From Pristiophorus japonicus (taxonomy: Eukaryota), in the NCBI RefSeq assembly GCF_044704955.1, contig NC_091999.1:65286001-65350000 (forward strand): 64,000 bases of DNA, in the 5' to 3' direction. The notes under the pieces are model-generated. The model saw nothing but the letters and a program-made list of their open reading frames with translations, did not search any database and was not told where the DNA came from. Position numbers and translations under genes: made by a program. This document shows, piece by piece, positions 36,122 to 48,939 of this stretch. The number at the start of each line of letters is the position of its first letter. Position 1 is the first letter of the stretch.

Positions 36122-38760
36122 AACATAAGTACATAATTAATCGGAGCAGGAGTCGGTCAGACGGCCCCTCGAGTCTGCTCCACCATTAAACCATTAAATG
36201 CGATCCTGGTTGATGTGATCATCGACTCGGCTCCACCTCCCTGCCCGCTCCCCTTAACCCCTTAATCCCTTATCAGCTAAGAAATTGTCTGTCTCTGTCT
36301 TAGATTTATTCAATGACTCAGCTTCCACAGCTCTCTCAGGTAGCGAATGCCACCGATTTACATCTCTTTGAGAGAAGGAATTCTTCCGCATCTCAGTTTT
36401 AAATGGACGGCCTTTTATTCTAAGATCATGCCACCGAGTTCTAGTCTCCCATATCAGTTGAAACATGCTCTCTGCATCCACCTTTTCAAGCCCCCACATA
36501 CTCTTATACATTTCGATAAGATCAACTCTCATTCTTCGCAATTCCAATGATTATAAACGCCAAACCTCCTCAACCTTTCCTCATCAGTCAACCCCCTCAT
36601 CTCCGGAATTCACTGAAACTTCTCTGAACTGCTTCCAAAGCAAGTATATCCTTTCGTAAATAAGGAAATCAAAACCGTACGCAATATTCGAGGTGTGGCC
36701 TCATCAATACCCTGCATAAATGTAGCAAGACTTCCCTGCTTTTATAATCCATCCCCTTTGCAATAACGACCAAGATTCCATTTGCCTTCCTGATCACTTG
36801 CTGTACCTTGAAACTAACCTTTTGTGTTTCATGCACAGGGACCCCCATGTAGCGCTGTATTGCAGCACTTTGCAATTTTTCTCCATTTAAATAATAATTA
36901 GTTCTTTGATTTTTTTTCTGTCAACGTGCATGACCTCACACTTTCCATCATTTTACACCTACTGCCAAATCTTTGCCCACAAACTTAGCCTGTCTATGTC
37001 CTTTTGCAGATTTTTTGTGTCCTCTTCACACATTGATTTTCCTTCTGCTTTTCCATTTTCGTACTGTCAGAAAACTTGACTACGTTGGACTCGGTCCGTT
37101 CTTCCAAGTCATTAATATAGATTGTAAATAGTTGGGTTCCCAACATTGATCCCTGTGGCAGCCCAGTAGTTACTGATTGCCAATCCGAGAATTAACCATT
37201 TATCCCGACTATCTGTTTTCTGTTAGTTAGCCAATTCTCTATCCCTGCTAATATATTACCCCCAATCCCGTGATATTTTATATTGTGCGGTAACATTGTA
37301 TATGGCACTTTGACTAATACCTTCTGAAAGTCCAAACATACCACATCCACTTGTTCATCTTTATCCACCCGGTTTGTTACATCCTCAAAGAATTCCAGCA
37401 AATTTGTCAAATCTAACTTCCCCTTCATAAATCGATGGTGACTCTACTGACCGAATTAGGCTTTTTCCAAATGCCCCACTACTGTTTCCGTGATAGTGGA
37501 CTCCAGCATTTTCCCAATGACAGATATTTGGCAAATTGGTCTATACTTTCATGCTTTTTATCTGCCTCCTTTTTTAAATAGGGACATTACATTCATGGTT
37601 TTCCAATCTGTTGCGACCGCCCCAGAATCCAGCGAATGTTGGTAGATTAGAACAAAAATATCCACTATCTCTGCAGCCACTTCTCTTAAGAACCTAGCAT
37701 TTAAGCATCAGGTCCAGGGGACTTCTCCACCTTTCGACCCTTTATTTTACCTGGTACTACTTCATGAGTGATAGTGATTGTATTATGACCATCCCTCCCT
37801 ATAGCCCCTTGATTATCCACTGTTGGAATGTTTTTAGTGTCTTCTACCGTGAAGTACGAGAGAAAAAAACTGTCAGCTTCTCTGTCATTTCCCTGTTGCC
37901 CATTATTAATTTCCCAGTCTCGTCCTCCAGCGGCTACCATTTACCTTAGGCGCTCTTTTCCTTTTTGTGTAGCTGCAGAAACTCTTACTGTCTGTTTTTA
38001 TATATCGTGCTAGTTTACCTTAATAATATATTTTCCCTCACTTAATTATTTTTTAGTCTTTTTTTGTCTGGCCTTTAAAAATTTCCCAATCCTCTGGCAT
38101 CACAGTGGTCTTTGCCGCATTGTATGACTTTGTCTTCAAAGTTTTACCCTTCCTATTTCCTTAGCTAGCCAGGGATGGGTATCCCTTCTCTTGCAGTCTT
38201 TCCTTCTAATTGGGTTATATTTTTCTTGCGAGTTTTGAAATATCTCCTTAAATGTCTGCCACTGCACATCAACCATCCCACTGTTTAGCCTATTGTCCCA
38301 TCCACTTTTTCCAACTCTGCCCTCATAACTCTGCATTCTCCTGTATTTAATCTTCGGATCCTGGTTTGATAAATCATTTTCACACCCTCCAAATTAATTT
38401 CAATTCCAACCATATTATGGTCGCTCATTCCTTGGGGATCCTTTGTTACGAGATCATTTATTAATCCTGCCTCATTACACAGATCTATGATAGCTTGCTC
38501 CCTGGTTGGCTCTGCAACTGAATTTTCTAGGAAACTATCCCGGATACACTACATGAACTCCTCCTCAAAGCTACCCTGGCCAATTTGCTTTGACAAATCA
38601 ATTTGAAGGGAGACATCACCCATGATTATTGTTGTTCCTTTATTATAAGCCTACATTATTTCTTGATTTATACTCCATCCAACAGTGTAGCTAATGTTAA
38701 GGGGCCTTTAGACGAGGACCACTTTTTTCCTTTATTGTTCCTTATCTCCACTAAAACTGA
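36122..38760 (-). mobile_element. CR1 LINE ORF2, decayed
   Basis: KSPGPDA; LTNLLEFFEDVT..LDFQK; RPHLEYCVRF. Confidence 0.9.
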
Positions 38761-38794
38761 ACCTTGATCCTCTGAGCCAAGATCGTTTCACAAT

Positions 38795-39300
38795 AAGCCT
38801 GAGGATTGTGAGCATTTTAGAATTCAGCAAAGGAGGATCAAAAATTGATTTAACAAAGGGAAAATAGAAAATGTGATTCAACTAAGGAGACATAAACCAT
38901 TTTGTAAAAGCTTCTATAGATATGTAAAAAGGAAAAGATTAGCGAAAGAAAACGTCGTTCGCCGACAGGCTGAGACAGAAGAAATTATAATAAGGAAATA
39001 AGGAAATGGCAGAGAAATTAAACAAATACTTTGTGTCTCTCTTCATGAATGAAGATATAAAAAAATCTCTCGGAAATAATGGAGAACCAAGGGTTTACCG
39101 AGAATGAGGAACTGAAAGAAATTAGTACGTGTAAAAAGAAAGTACTGGAGACATTAATGGGACTGAAGCCGATAAATACTCTGCATCTGATGGCCTACAT
39201 CCTAGAGGTTTGTAAGAGATGGCAATAGAGATGGTGAATACATTGGTTCGCATCTTCCCAAATCCTATAGATTCTAGAACGGTTCCCGAAGATTGGAAGG
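38795..39300 (+). mobile_element. CR1 ORF2 internal fragment
   Basis: KSFYRYVKRKR..DGLHPR..VPEDWKVA. Confidence 0.8.
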
Positions 39301-40013
39301 TTGCTGGTGTCTCTCAGTCAATCTCATTAAGGAAGATATTTGGCATTTATCACTCTCTCTCTCTGTCTTTCGCTCTCTCAGGGAAATATATGTACCCTGA
39401 GTAATGTCGCTCATTTCCCTCTCCCTAAGGAAGATACCATCACACGGATGGTATCACTCCTGCAGGAATTATCCGCCTGTCGTCAGGTCTCAATGTGACG
39501 CTCAATTGTTATATTCATTTAGTTTTACAGTTTAGAAAACCCTCTCTGTAAATTGTTCTTTGTGAGATTGTAAATCTGAAATGGCAAATGGACTAAGTTA
39601 AATATTTTGCTGACTTCCTTTCTCCGAGTCTCATACACAACTGCAGTGACAGATGCGGTCATTTCGATACAGTGCACTTCCACTTACAACTGCAACGTCT
39701 GAATCCAACTGACTCGAGATAAAAATGGGACTGAATGAAGCATAGAGCAATTCAAGCATGATGATGATGATGACAATTATGCCTACTAATAGAGCCAGAA
39801 ACTGCACAACACTGGTGACGCCAATTTGAAACATTCAGCTCATATTTGGTGATCTAATACTGAGGAGAATCTGGAAATTAAACATTAGATTCATTAATGT
39901 CTAAGCAGGGAAGGGGCAGAGTACTGATGTGAAATGTAAAAGGTTATAGCTGTTTTTGATGCAACACTGCAAATTAAATCTAGTGTTCGACATTGAGAAG
40001 ACTATTAGAGTAC

Positions 40014-40446
40014 AAATAATGCGCAGTACTAGGTGGCGACGTCAGCAGGCCGCAGTTTGAAGATGGTTGAATTGACGATGGCTTTTGCAGTGTCCAGTAC
40101 AACGGAGAAACAGCTTCGAACACAATCCGCTTTAATTTGGTAACCACCTCAAAACTTGCGAACTCTAAAATCCGTTCTCTGCTGGCGTATTGGCAGGACC
40201 ACAGTAAGCTTTAGGAACATTTGATAGTGAAGTGGATACAGTGCAAGGTTATAATGTTTCCTTCTGTGCAACTCACTGTCGGAAGCCGCTGCCTGACACA
40301 AATTTCTTGGCTCAGTCCTGCATTAAATGCAAACCAACGTCAAAAAATAAACCATTTTTACATTCACAGTTGACCCCAAACCGCATCCCAGAATAATTAC
40401 CTGTCAGTACTGCTCCAAGCACAGCGCAGATAGCGATTAACCGATT
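40014..40446 (-). pseudogene. TCR alpha/delta-type V segment pseudogene (leader exon 40401-~40446, 83-bp intron, V exon 40014-40317)
   Basis: Leader RLIAICAVLGAVLT-G|gtaatt with the ATG lost; acceptor aatgcag|. The V exon reads GLSQEICVRQRLPTVSCTEGNIITLHC-IHFTIKCS*SLL-WSCQYASRE, frameshifts, then DFRVRKF*GGYQIKADCVRSCFSVVLDTAKAIVNSTIFKLRPADVAT*YCALF. The C-x12-W spacing, the EGxxxTLxC motif and DxATxYCAL are typical of TRAV/TRDV. Confidence 0.8.
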
Positions 40447-40715
40447 GCTTCTCCGCCGTGTGTTTATTACTTCTGTAACCCCTGGAAACTTGAACCAATT
40501 GGCCACTGAAACAAACCACACGGAGGGTCGGTTTTCCCAATCCAGTGTCCCTCCACATAGGCCGCGAGACTCTGGGGAAAGCACGGCCGGCAGTCACCAG
40601 CCAATGACAAAAGGAATATTCCAACTGCACAAACCGCAATTACGCAAAGGCCAAAGAGGACAGGAATTTTATTCAGAAGGAAATAGCGAATGGTTCTAAG
40701 GCATCAATTTACAAT

Positions 40716-41717
40716 AGAAACATAGAAACATAGAAACATAGAAAATAGGTGCAGGAGTAGGCCATTCGGCCCTTCGAGCCTGCACCACCATTCAATGAGT
40801 TCATGGCTGAACATTCAACTTCAGTACCCCATTCCTGCTTTCTCGCCATACCCCTTGATCCCCCTAGTAGTAAGGACCTCATCTAACTCATTTTTGAATA
40901 TATTTAGTGAATTGGCCTCAACAACTTTCTGTGGTAGAGAATTCCACAGGTTCACCACTCTCTGGGTGAAGAAGTTCCTCCGCATCTCGGTCCTAAATGG
41001 CTTACCCCTTATCCTTAGACTGTGACCTCTGGTTCTGGACTTCCCCAACATTGGGAACATTCTTCCTGCATCTAACCTGTCTAACCCCGTCAGAATTTTA
41101 AATGTTTCTATGAGGTCCCCTCTCATTCTTCTGAACTCCAGTGAATACAAGCCCAGTTGATCCAGTCTTTCTTGATAGGTTAGTCCCGCCATCCCGGGAA
41201 TCAGTCTGGTGAACCTTCGCTGCACTCCCTCAATAGCAAGAATGTCCTTCCTCAAGTTAGGAGACCAAAACTGTACACAATACTCCAGGTGTGGCCTCAC
41301 CAATGCCCTGTTCAACTGTAGCAACACCTCCCTGCCCCTGTACTCAAATCCCCTTGCTATGAAGGCCAACATGCCATTTGCTTTCTTAACCGCCTGCTGC
41401 ACCTTTATGCCAACCTTCAATGACTGATGTACCATGACACCCAGGTCTCTTTGCCCCTCCCCTTTTCCTAATCTGTCACCATTCAGATAATAGTCTGTCT
41501 CTCTGTTTTTACCATCAAAGTGGATAACCTCACATTTATCCACATTATACTTCATCTGCCATGCATTTGCCCACTCACCTAACCTATCCAAGTCGCTCTG
41601 CAGCCTCACAGCATCCTCCTCGCAGCTCACACTGCCACCCAACTTAGTGTCATCCGCAAATTTGGAGATACTACATTTAATCCCCTCATCTAAATCATTA
41701 ATGTACAGTGTAAACAA
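40716..41717 (-). mobile_element. Young 5'-truncated CR1 with an uninterrupted 298-aa RT C-terminus
   Basis: ORF 40821-41717 contains FADD and has no stops; intact 3' UTR and (ATAGAAAC)n tail. Confidence 0.95.
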
Positions 41718-43776
41718 TGTACAGTGTAAACAATGTCGTGATTTGTTCTTCTTGTGTGAGTGTGAACTTGCTGAAATCGCTTACACTGCTCCAAAATGTG
41801 ATCTATCAAATCAGCTTATTGAAAAATAGAACATTAAAGTTCACTAAATTATTATATATGAAACTGCGTATAGTTGAGTGTAGCTGAAAGTTGTAATTTA
41901 GAGGGTAGATTTCAATAAATATTGAAACGTTATTATTATTAAGGTGGTAACCCATGTGATGCACCAGGATTGTTATGGTCCCGGGTGAATTTCACGAAAA
42001 TTAAACAGTTCATATCTAAATAACGGTATTTCCCCTGCAGATAATTCTGTTATATCTTTAGTTTGCCACCTGTTCACCTGGACGGTTTTATTTTTGTATT
42101 TAGCTGCGAAATTATTTCTCCAATGAATTAAACGCATTTTTGAACGTGATAAATGTTCTCTGAGCAACCATGCACCTTAACAGGATTTTACCCGTTGAGG
42201 TCTTGTTGAAATCATTTGTTGAGGTCGAGTTTACTGCTGCTTTAACCAGTACTGATAGGTCACTTTTTCATACCTAGAAGACAGCATTTCCAATACTTGA
42301 ATAACATTTCCATATTTGTCATGTACAGGAGTCAGTTTCCTGTAAAATCGGTGCAGTTCTGTTACCACAGGAATCTCTTGTCAGTATTGGTTTCCATAAT
42401 TATCGGACAAGAATATCGTCCAGTCTGAACCCATGAGGTAGGATTAACGCGCTGGAGACCCAACTAGTAGTTGGGGACCCAACTAAAGTAACAGTCCCAA
42501 CTGTTATTGACAATATATGATCTCAGCTTCCCCCACTTTTCCTTTCGGTTATTCTTTTTTGTTTAACATTATATCAAATGGCCTCTTTTGTGAGCTGGAA
42601 TGCAACAGTCACCAGAACCTGGCAGGAGATCAACACATGCAATTAGAATGTAAGTGCAAGTCTTCGGCCCTCGACGGACAGGACCGCGGTATCCAGCTTC
42701 ATGGCATAATTGATTGTCCTTTGCATTTTCCTTGGCCCAGTCAAGGTATTGATTATTACTGGGAACTCAACTGCACTTTGATACATTGTGCAAATGAAGA
42801 ACTCCTCACCAACTGATGTCCTCCTGTTTGACTAAACCATTATCAATTCCTTGCATATCCTGGCTTCTGCAGATTCCTTTACTGAATGTATTGATTATTT
42901 TACCTCAGTGGGGTTAGTCATTGATATCAGTTTTATCCTGTGTTTAATCAACCTTTCCGGCAACCCACACTAATACATTGCTGTTGTCCACCCCATCGGG
43001 CCTCATGCCTGGAGAAGGCCCAAACATTTCCTTTGCCTGTCAATTGTAACTTGGCTCACCGTGCTATCCCTGAGACTGGGTTATTTTTTGGGCACTGACG
43101 GTCGTTTTATCGGCCCACTTACATGTAAGGATCTGGTTTCACGCTGGGAAGGAAACCCATTGCTAATGCTGTTCAGAGTTGTTCAAATGTTTCATCTCAG
43201 TCATGATCCTTTTTATCTGCTATGGACTGATGGCAAATAAGCAGATCGAAGTGGGAGCTGGGAAGGAATCCATGGAGCTGATTAAGAAGTGTTGAGGACC
43301 ATTTGGGTCATTCTGGCTCTCCTCCTTTTCTGCTTTGCCCCATTTCACATCTTTGAACTGTCTTTTGTGTTGAAGAACCTGCTGAGTCCATCAAGGGAAA
43401 TCGCAACGTGATATGTTTGTCATATTCGGGTGTATACCTGAGCCGTCACTGCCCTCAGCATCGCCCTTAATCAGCTACTCGACATTTTCAGGTCCCAAAT
43501 ATTTTATTGGAGACCACGTTGTTGTTGGGGGTAGCGCGTTGTCCACTGCCTCCACACCTTCTCCACATCGACCAGAGTGTTAGTTACAATGCAGAATCGT
43601 ACTTACTACTTCCTAACACGGAGTTGTAATCAGGGTATTATGAAGACGACGCCAGCAGAGATCAACTGATTGGAAATGGTGGTGAACTTAATGGAAGGCG
43701 TTATAAATTAATCATGGTCAACTTAGGCTGGCTGCATTTATAATTAATGTGAATATTTCTCTTGATAACCTATAAT

Positions 43777-44124
43777 NNNNNNNNNNNNNNNNNNNNNNNN
43801 NNNNNNNNNNNNNNNNNNNNNNNNNNNNNNNNNNNNNNNNNNNNNNNNNNNNNNNNNNNNNNNNNNNNNNNNNNNNNNNNNNNNNNNNNNNNNNNNNNNN
43901 NNNNNNNNNNNNNNNNNNNNNNNNNNNNNNNNNNNNNNNNNNNNNNNNNNNNNNNNNNNNNNNNNNNNNNNNNNNNNNNNNNNNNNNNNNNNNNNNNNNN
44001 NNNNNNNNNNNNNNNNNNNNNNNNNNNNNNNNNNNNNNNNNNNNNNNNNNNNNNNNNNNNNNNNNNNNNNNNNNNNNNNNNNNNNNNNNNNNNNNNNNNN
44101 NNNNNNNNNNNNNNNNNNNNNNNN
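43777..44124. other. Assembly gap (348 N), followed by a TCTA/TCTG microsatellite
   Basis: Run of N. Confidence 1.
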
Positions 44125-45910
44125 NCATTCGTCTGTCTGTCTTCCTGTTTACCTGTATATCTATCTACCTGTCTACCTCACTATTTGGCTATCTGTCGAT
44201 CTCTCCACATGTCTACATGTCTACATGTCTACCTGTCTATCTAACTATCTCTCTATCTCTCTATATCCATCACCATCGATATATCACTATAATCACCCTG
44301 TCACTCTATCTATCTCTCTATTAAAGGGGTGTGATGTGCTGGACTGATATCCCAGCTGTTGATGGTAATGTCAAGAGGGAGGACATCGGTTTCTGATGAG
44401 ACCTTCTTCGATACTATGATGTCCCATATTGCAATAGATTTCCCAGTAATATGCAATACTGCCAATAAGTTAAAGATGCAAGGAAATAGGATCATTTCAA
44501 TCTGCTTGAAATTTTAAGGGAGGCATTGATAAATACAGATAGCAGCATGCACTGAGATTTCGATCTCCCGATGATGACCGTGACCATTCTCCATGATCTC
44601 AACACGAACTGCAATCAGAGATAGGTATCTATTCAAAGTAATTCACTGTACATAAGAGCATAAGATGATAAGGATTAGGAGCCAGAGAAGGCCATTCGCC
44701 CTCTCGAGCCTGCTGCACCGTTTAGCAAGATCATAGCTGATCTGGTACTTAGCTCCACTTTCCTGCACTGTCTCCATATACCTAATTCATTTCATATCCA
44801 AAAATCCATTGAGCTCTGTCTTGAATAGACAGAAGGCTGCAAATGTACCTGCAGACGCCGCGTGGTCCCTCATCTCCTCTCTCTGAAATACTGTCTCTCC
44901 ACCTTTCGTCTCTTTCTTGTGTATCTATGTGTAACGAATAGAGACGTTCGAGTGAGTGTCTGTGTGTCAGGTAGGTCTTTGGGTATCATTCCCAAGGTTT
45001 GTGCTCCATGTTGTTTCTAGAAGTGTTTGATGGGTCAGTGTAGAGGGAGCTTTACACTTTATCTTACCTGGGCTATACCTGCTCTAGAAATGTATGATGG
45101 GACAGTGTAAAGGAAGATTTACTCTATCACGTACTATACTGTATCAGACTGTAATGGATCAGAAACCTGCTCTTTAATATAACCGGACATGTGACAAAAA
45201 ATTATATTCGAGGAGACCGCATGGCACGCCTGTTCACCGTTCTGCCATTCCGCCCCTGGGGCATGACATATAAAGGCAGTGAAAATGTGTCGTCACTCTG
45301 ATAGGACACTAGATGTCGCAGTGGCTCTTAAACAAACGGAAATGGATTGAAACAGAACCCAGACAGGACGGGTGGAAAATACCTCTCACGGAAATAGAAC
45401 ACAGTGTGATAGAGAAAATGGAACGGTGTGGAGGAGCCCAATTTATTACATTTGCCATTTGCAAATTTACTAATAATTTCACAGAGAATATCGTATAGAG
45501 AATTAAAAAAAAAGTTAACACAAAGTGAATAAAACAATTGTGCATCACATTGAGATCAGAACACATGCGGTCTGAGCTGCCAGCTATATGTACAACTGTA
45601 ACTGACACCAGGGAGAGAAAACATGGGCTTAACATAAAGGGAAGGAAATAATTCTAAATTAGGAATGAGAAAAGTGATTGATTTACACATGATATTTTCA
45701 AATAATGATGAAACTCCCAGATACATTAACATTATCTCCACGAATATCTCACACATTTCACACAGAGAGACGGAATTCCTGGTTATGATATTCGCAGCCA
45801 CATATTCTGGTGTATTAACTGAAGGCAATTGACTTTGGGAATCACCAATAGAACACATTTTATTTTGAGGATGCAAATATGTTAATAAGCAGTGGAAGAA
45901 AACCAATCAT

Positions 45911-45919
45911 TCAATTGAC
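45911..45919 (-). CDS. IGHM: IgM TM2 exon (V-N-stop)
   Basis: ttttacag|GTC AAT TGA gives a KVN tail instead of KVK. AATAAA follows at 45864-45859. Confidence 0.8.
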   Translation of the reverse strand, partial: VN

Positions 45920-46058
45920 CTGTAAAAGAGGGATAATACAGTGAAACTTTGATTTAGTGGTTTGAGCCCTTTATTTCAGGGTTTGCATCAATGAAATTTG
46001 AGATGTTTATCAAACCGCTTCAATCAGTACGAGTTATGATTGGATTGAATCTTCTCAC

Positions 46059-46186
46059 CTTCACTCGAATGACTGCAGCACTGTAGAAAATGCTCAGGAA
46101 GAACAGGATGATGAATGTGGAAGTGTTTGTCGAGCTGTTGCCGCTCTCGATCTCACAGTCTTCACTCCAGTTGAGGTCTGAGGAAT
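46059..46186 (-). CDS. IGHM: IgM TM1 exon
   Basis: cccgcag|DSSDLNWSEDCEIESGNSSTNTSTFIILFFLSIFYSAAVIRVK|gtgaga, carrying the conserved TFxxLFxLSxFYS receptor TM motif. Confidence 0.92.
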
Positions 46187-46799
46187 CTGCGGGAATGAAG
46201 AGGAGCAAACAAATTCAGATCATTTATAAAGCCAAGATTTTTTTTAATATATATTATCTTTTGTTTACCTTAAGGTATTATTCTGTTCTCTAACTTAATA
46301 TTCAATGTATATCTTGTATTAAGTTAATCACTTTCAGCAATCGATCTATGTTCATAACTCCACAGTTGCTCTTACTTTATGAACTTCCTATAGCCCGTGT
46401 TGGAAAATATGTCATTTTTCCATCAAAGCCATATGCTAATTGATTTTGCATCAATTCCGGACGATCTATCATTTGGAATAATATGAGGAAATATCAAGGG
46501 AGGTTTACTGACTGATATTGATTAATTTAACGATAGGTTTAGGCACCTGTTTTATTGGAGACGATCAAGGAGGCTGGTACGAGACCAGTTATGAGTAATA
46601 ATCTTGATTAATTGTTTGTTTCCGCAATGCACTGAACATAATTAACTTGTATCCGTTTCCATCAAGAAAATTGATTCAATGTACGTGTGGGACCACAATA
46701 AAGAAATGTGAGAGTATATGGTATCAGGAATTATTTATTCAGAGCAATCGTTGGAGATTCTTGCTGTTCAAAAGTTAATTTTAATTCTATATTTTTTTG

Positions 46800-48560
46800 T
46801 GATTAATATTTGTGTATGAATGCATTACGAGAGCTTGTTTTGATGTCGTCTGTCTTTGTATGTTAATGTGCGTGTTAATGTGTAAGTCTGTGTCTGCATG
46901 TGTTTTGTATAAATGTGTGTGTGTATATGTTTAAGCGTGTGTGTTTCTGTCGATGTGTGTAGATGTGTGTATGTTAAAGTTTAAGTGTGTTTATGTGTAA
47001 TTGTGTGTTTTTTGTGTATGTGCATTGAAGTGTAAGTGTATGTGTATATGCTTAGATGTGTGTATTTATGTAGATACTGTAGATGTGTGTAAGTTTATGT
47101 GTAAGTGTGCTTATGTGAAATTATGTGTTTTTGGATAAGTGCCTTGAATTATAAGTGTGTGTGCATGTTTTTGTGTAAGTGTGTTTTCCTGTAGTTTTGT
47201 ACGTTTGTGTATCTTTATATGGAAGTCTTTGTGTGCTAATGTTTAAGTGTTCAGCGTGTATGTATACTGTTAAGCATGTGTGTTCACGTGTAATTGTATC
47301 TATTTATGATTAAGTGTGTATATGCTTTGTGAAAGTTTGTTCATGTGTATGTGTAAGTGTTTGTGTATGTTTAGTTGTAAGCGTTTCTCCATTCATGTGT
47401 AAATGTGTATATATGAATCTAAGAATTTGTGCTTGTGTGTGCTTTCTGTATGATGTTTGTGTGTTAATGCCTGTGTACCTGTCTGTGTGTTAATGCTTGT
47501 GTTGTTTGTGTTTTGTTTAAAGGTGTGTGTGTGTCTTTGCTATTTATCAACGTTTCAGAGTGTGCCAATGATGGTGTGCATTATGTTTTGGGTATGTGTA
47601 TTGTATCAGTATGTGAACGTGTGTGTTTACGTGTAAATATGTGTGTGTTTACGTGAAACTCTGTGTGTGTTTATGTGTAAGTACGTGTATGTTCACGTGT
47701 GTCTACTTACAGTAAAACATATATACACACAATCGCAAACACACACACATCAACGCACAATCTCACTTTTACACGCATTCTTCCCTGCTGTGTGTAAATG
47801 TGCTCTGTGTGAGACCCATTGTGACGTCAGTCGATGGAATGCAGCAATTAAACCGATGAGCCTCAGAAATATCAGGGCTACAACCGTAAGGAACACGCAG
47901 AAGATTCAATCACCAGTTTAGAAGTGGACTATTAAAATTCAATCTGTTAGTTTACGAATGACAGAGACACATTTACCACAAATATTAGTTGAAGATAATA
48001 TATTGCATAAATATTTATTTAACATTGAGACCAAATTACTCACATCCGATACACCTCACAGAAACGGAACATTCGACCCAACCAGACCATGCATGCGTGT
48101 AAGCTCCACTCGAACCTCCTGCCATCTTTCTCATCTAAATTATCAGCATAGCCCAATATTCCCTTCTCCCTCATATGGTTGTCTAGCCTCTCGTTATGTG
48201 TAAATGTTTGTGTCTGATTAGGTGTAAGCGTATGTGTTTGCCTATATGTAACTGTGTGTGTTTGTGAGTGTTTTGTATAAATACATTTGTTTTGTGTGTG
48301 TAAATGTGTATGTGTCTTTTTTAAAGCATATATTTGTATGTTTGCTTTGTGTAATGTTGTGTCTATATTTCTGCTATTCCAAATTTCAGAGAGTTCAAAG
48401 AACTGGGTCTGGCAATGAAGGTGCGAACTATATTCTTGGTGTCTATAATATTCTATGTCATTGTGTTAATCTATATTTTTATAGTTAAACGTAAATGTGT
48501 ACTTGCAAAAAAACACATACACTGACACAAAATCTTCAACACAGCTATATGTGAACACAC
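46800..48560. repeat. TG-rich low-complexity region in the CH4-TM1 intron, with a ~300-bp diverged duplication (47720-48030 / 48510-48830)
   Basis: TG/TA runs; shared CACCAGTTTAGAA..ATTAAAATTCAATCT..TTAGTTTACGAAT. Confidence 0.8.
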
Positions 48561-48939
48561 CCAAACTCACGTTTACACGTATTCCTCATCGCTCTCTGTA
48601 AATGAGTTCTGTGTGAGGAACAATGTGATTTCAGCCGAAAGAATGCAACAATTCAATAGATGGGCCTCCGAAACATCAGGAACACAACAGTGAGAAACCC
48701 GCAGAGGATTCACTCACCAGTTTAGAATTGGAACATTAAAATTCAATCTTTTAGTTTACGAATAACAAGGATCGACTTACCCCAAAAACGACTTAAATAT
48801 TACATGTTGATTATATATTTATTTTAAAATATAATGCCTATGCGTCACGTTTAACGTTTTTGGACAGTGAGTTAGATGATGACTATTTACAGATGGATAC
48901 TGCGATCATATAATATAAATTGATTCCGCTCCCTCCCTT

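Noticed and set aside
39940-40013. RSS after the TCR-like V (TACTCTA; GCAGTG..TCAAAAACA)
   Set aside because: The heptamer lacks CAC and the nonamer-like word is not at a 12- or 23-bp spacing.
40022-40042. CTCF-like motif TACTAGGTGGCG and a CRE-like GACGTCA
   Set aside because: Both are explained as the antisense of the V-exon codons D-V-A-T-*-Y-C.
43718-44244. ORFs spanning poly-X
   Set aside because: Artefact of the N gap.
44310-44510. SSLLTLPST-like peptide on the minus strand suggesting a further Ig C-domain remnant
   Set aside because: No consistent Cys/Trp framework could be built in any frame.
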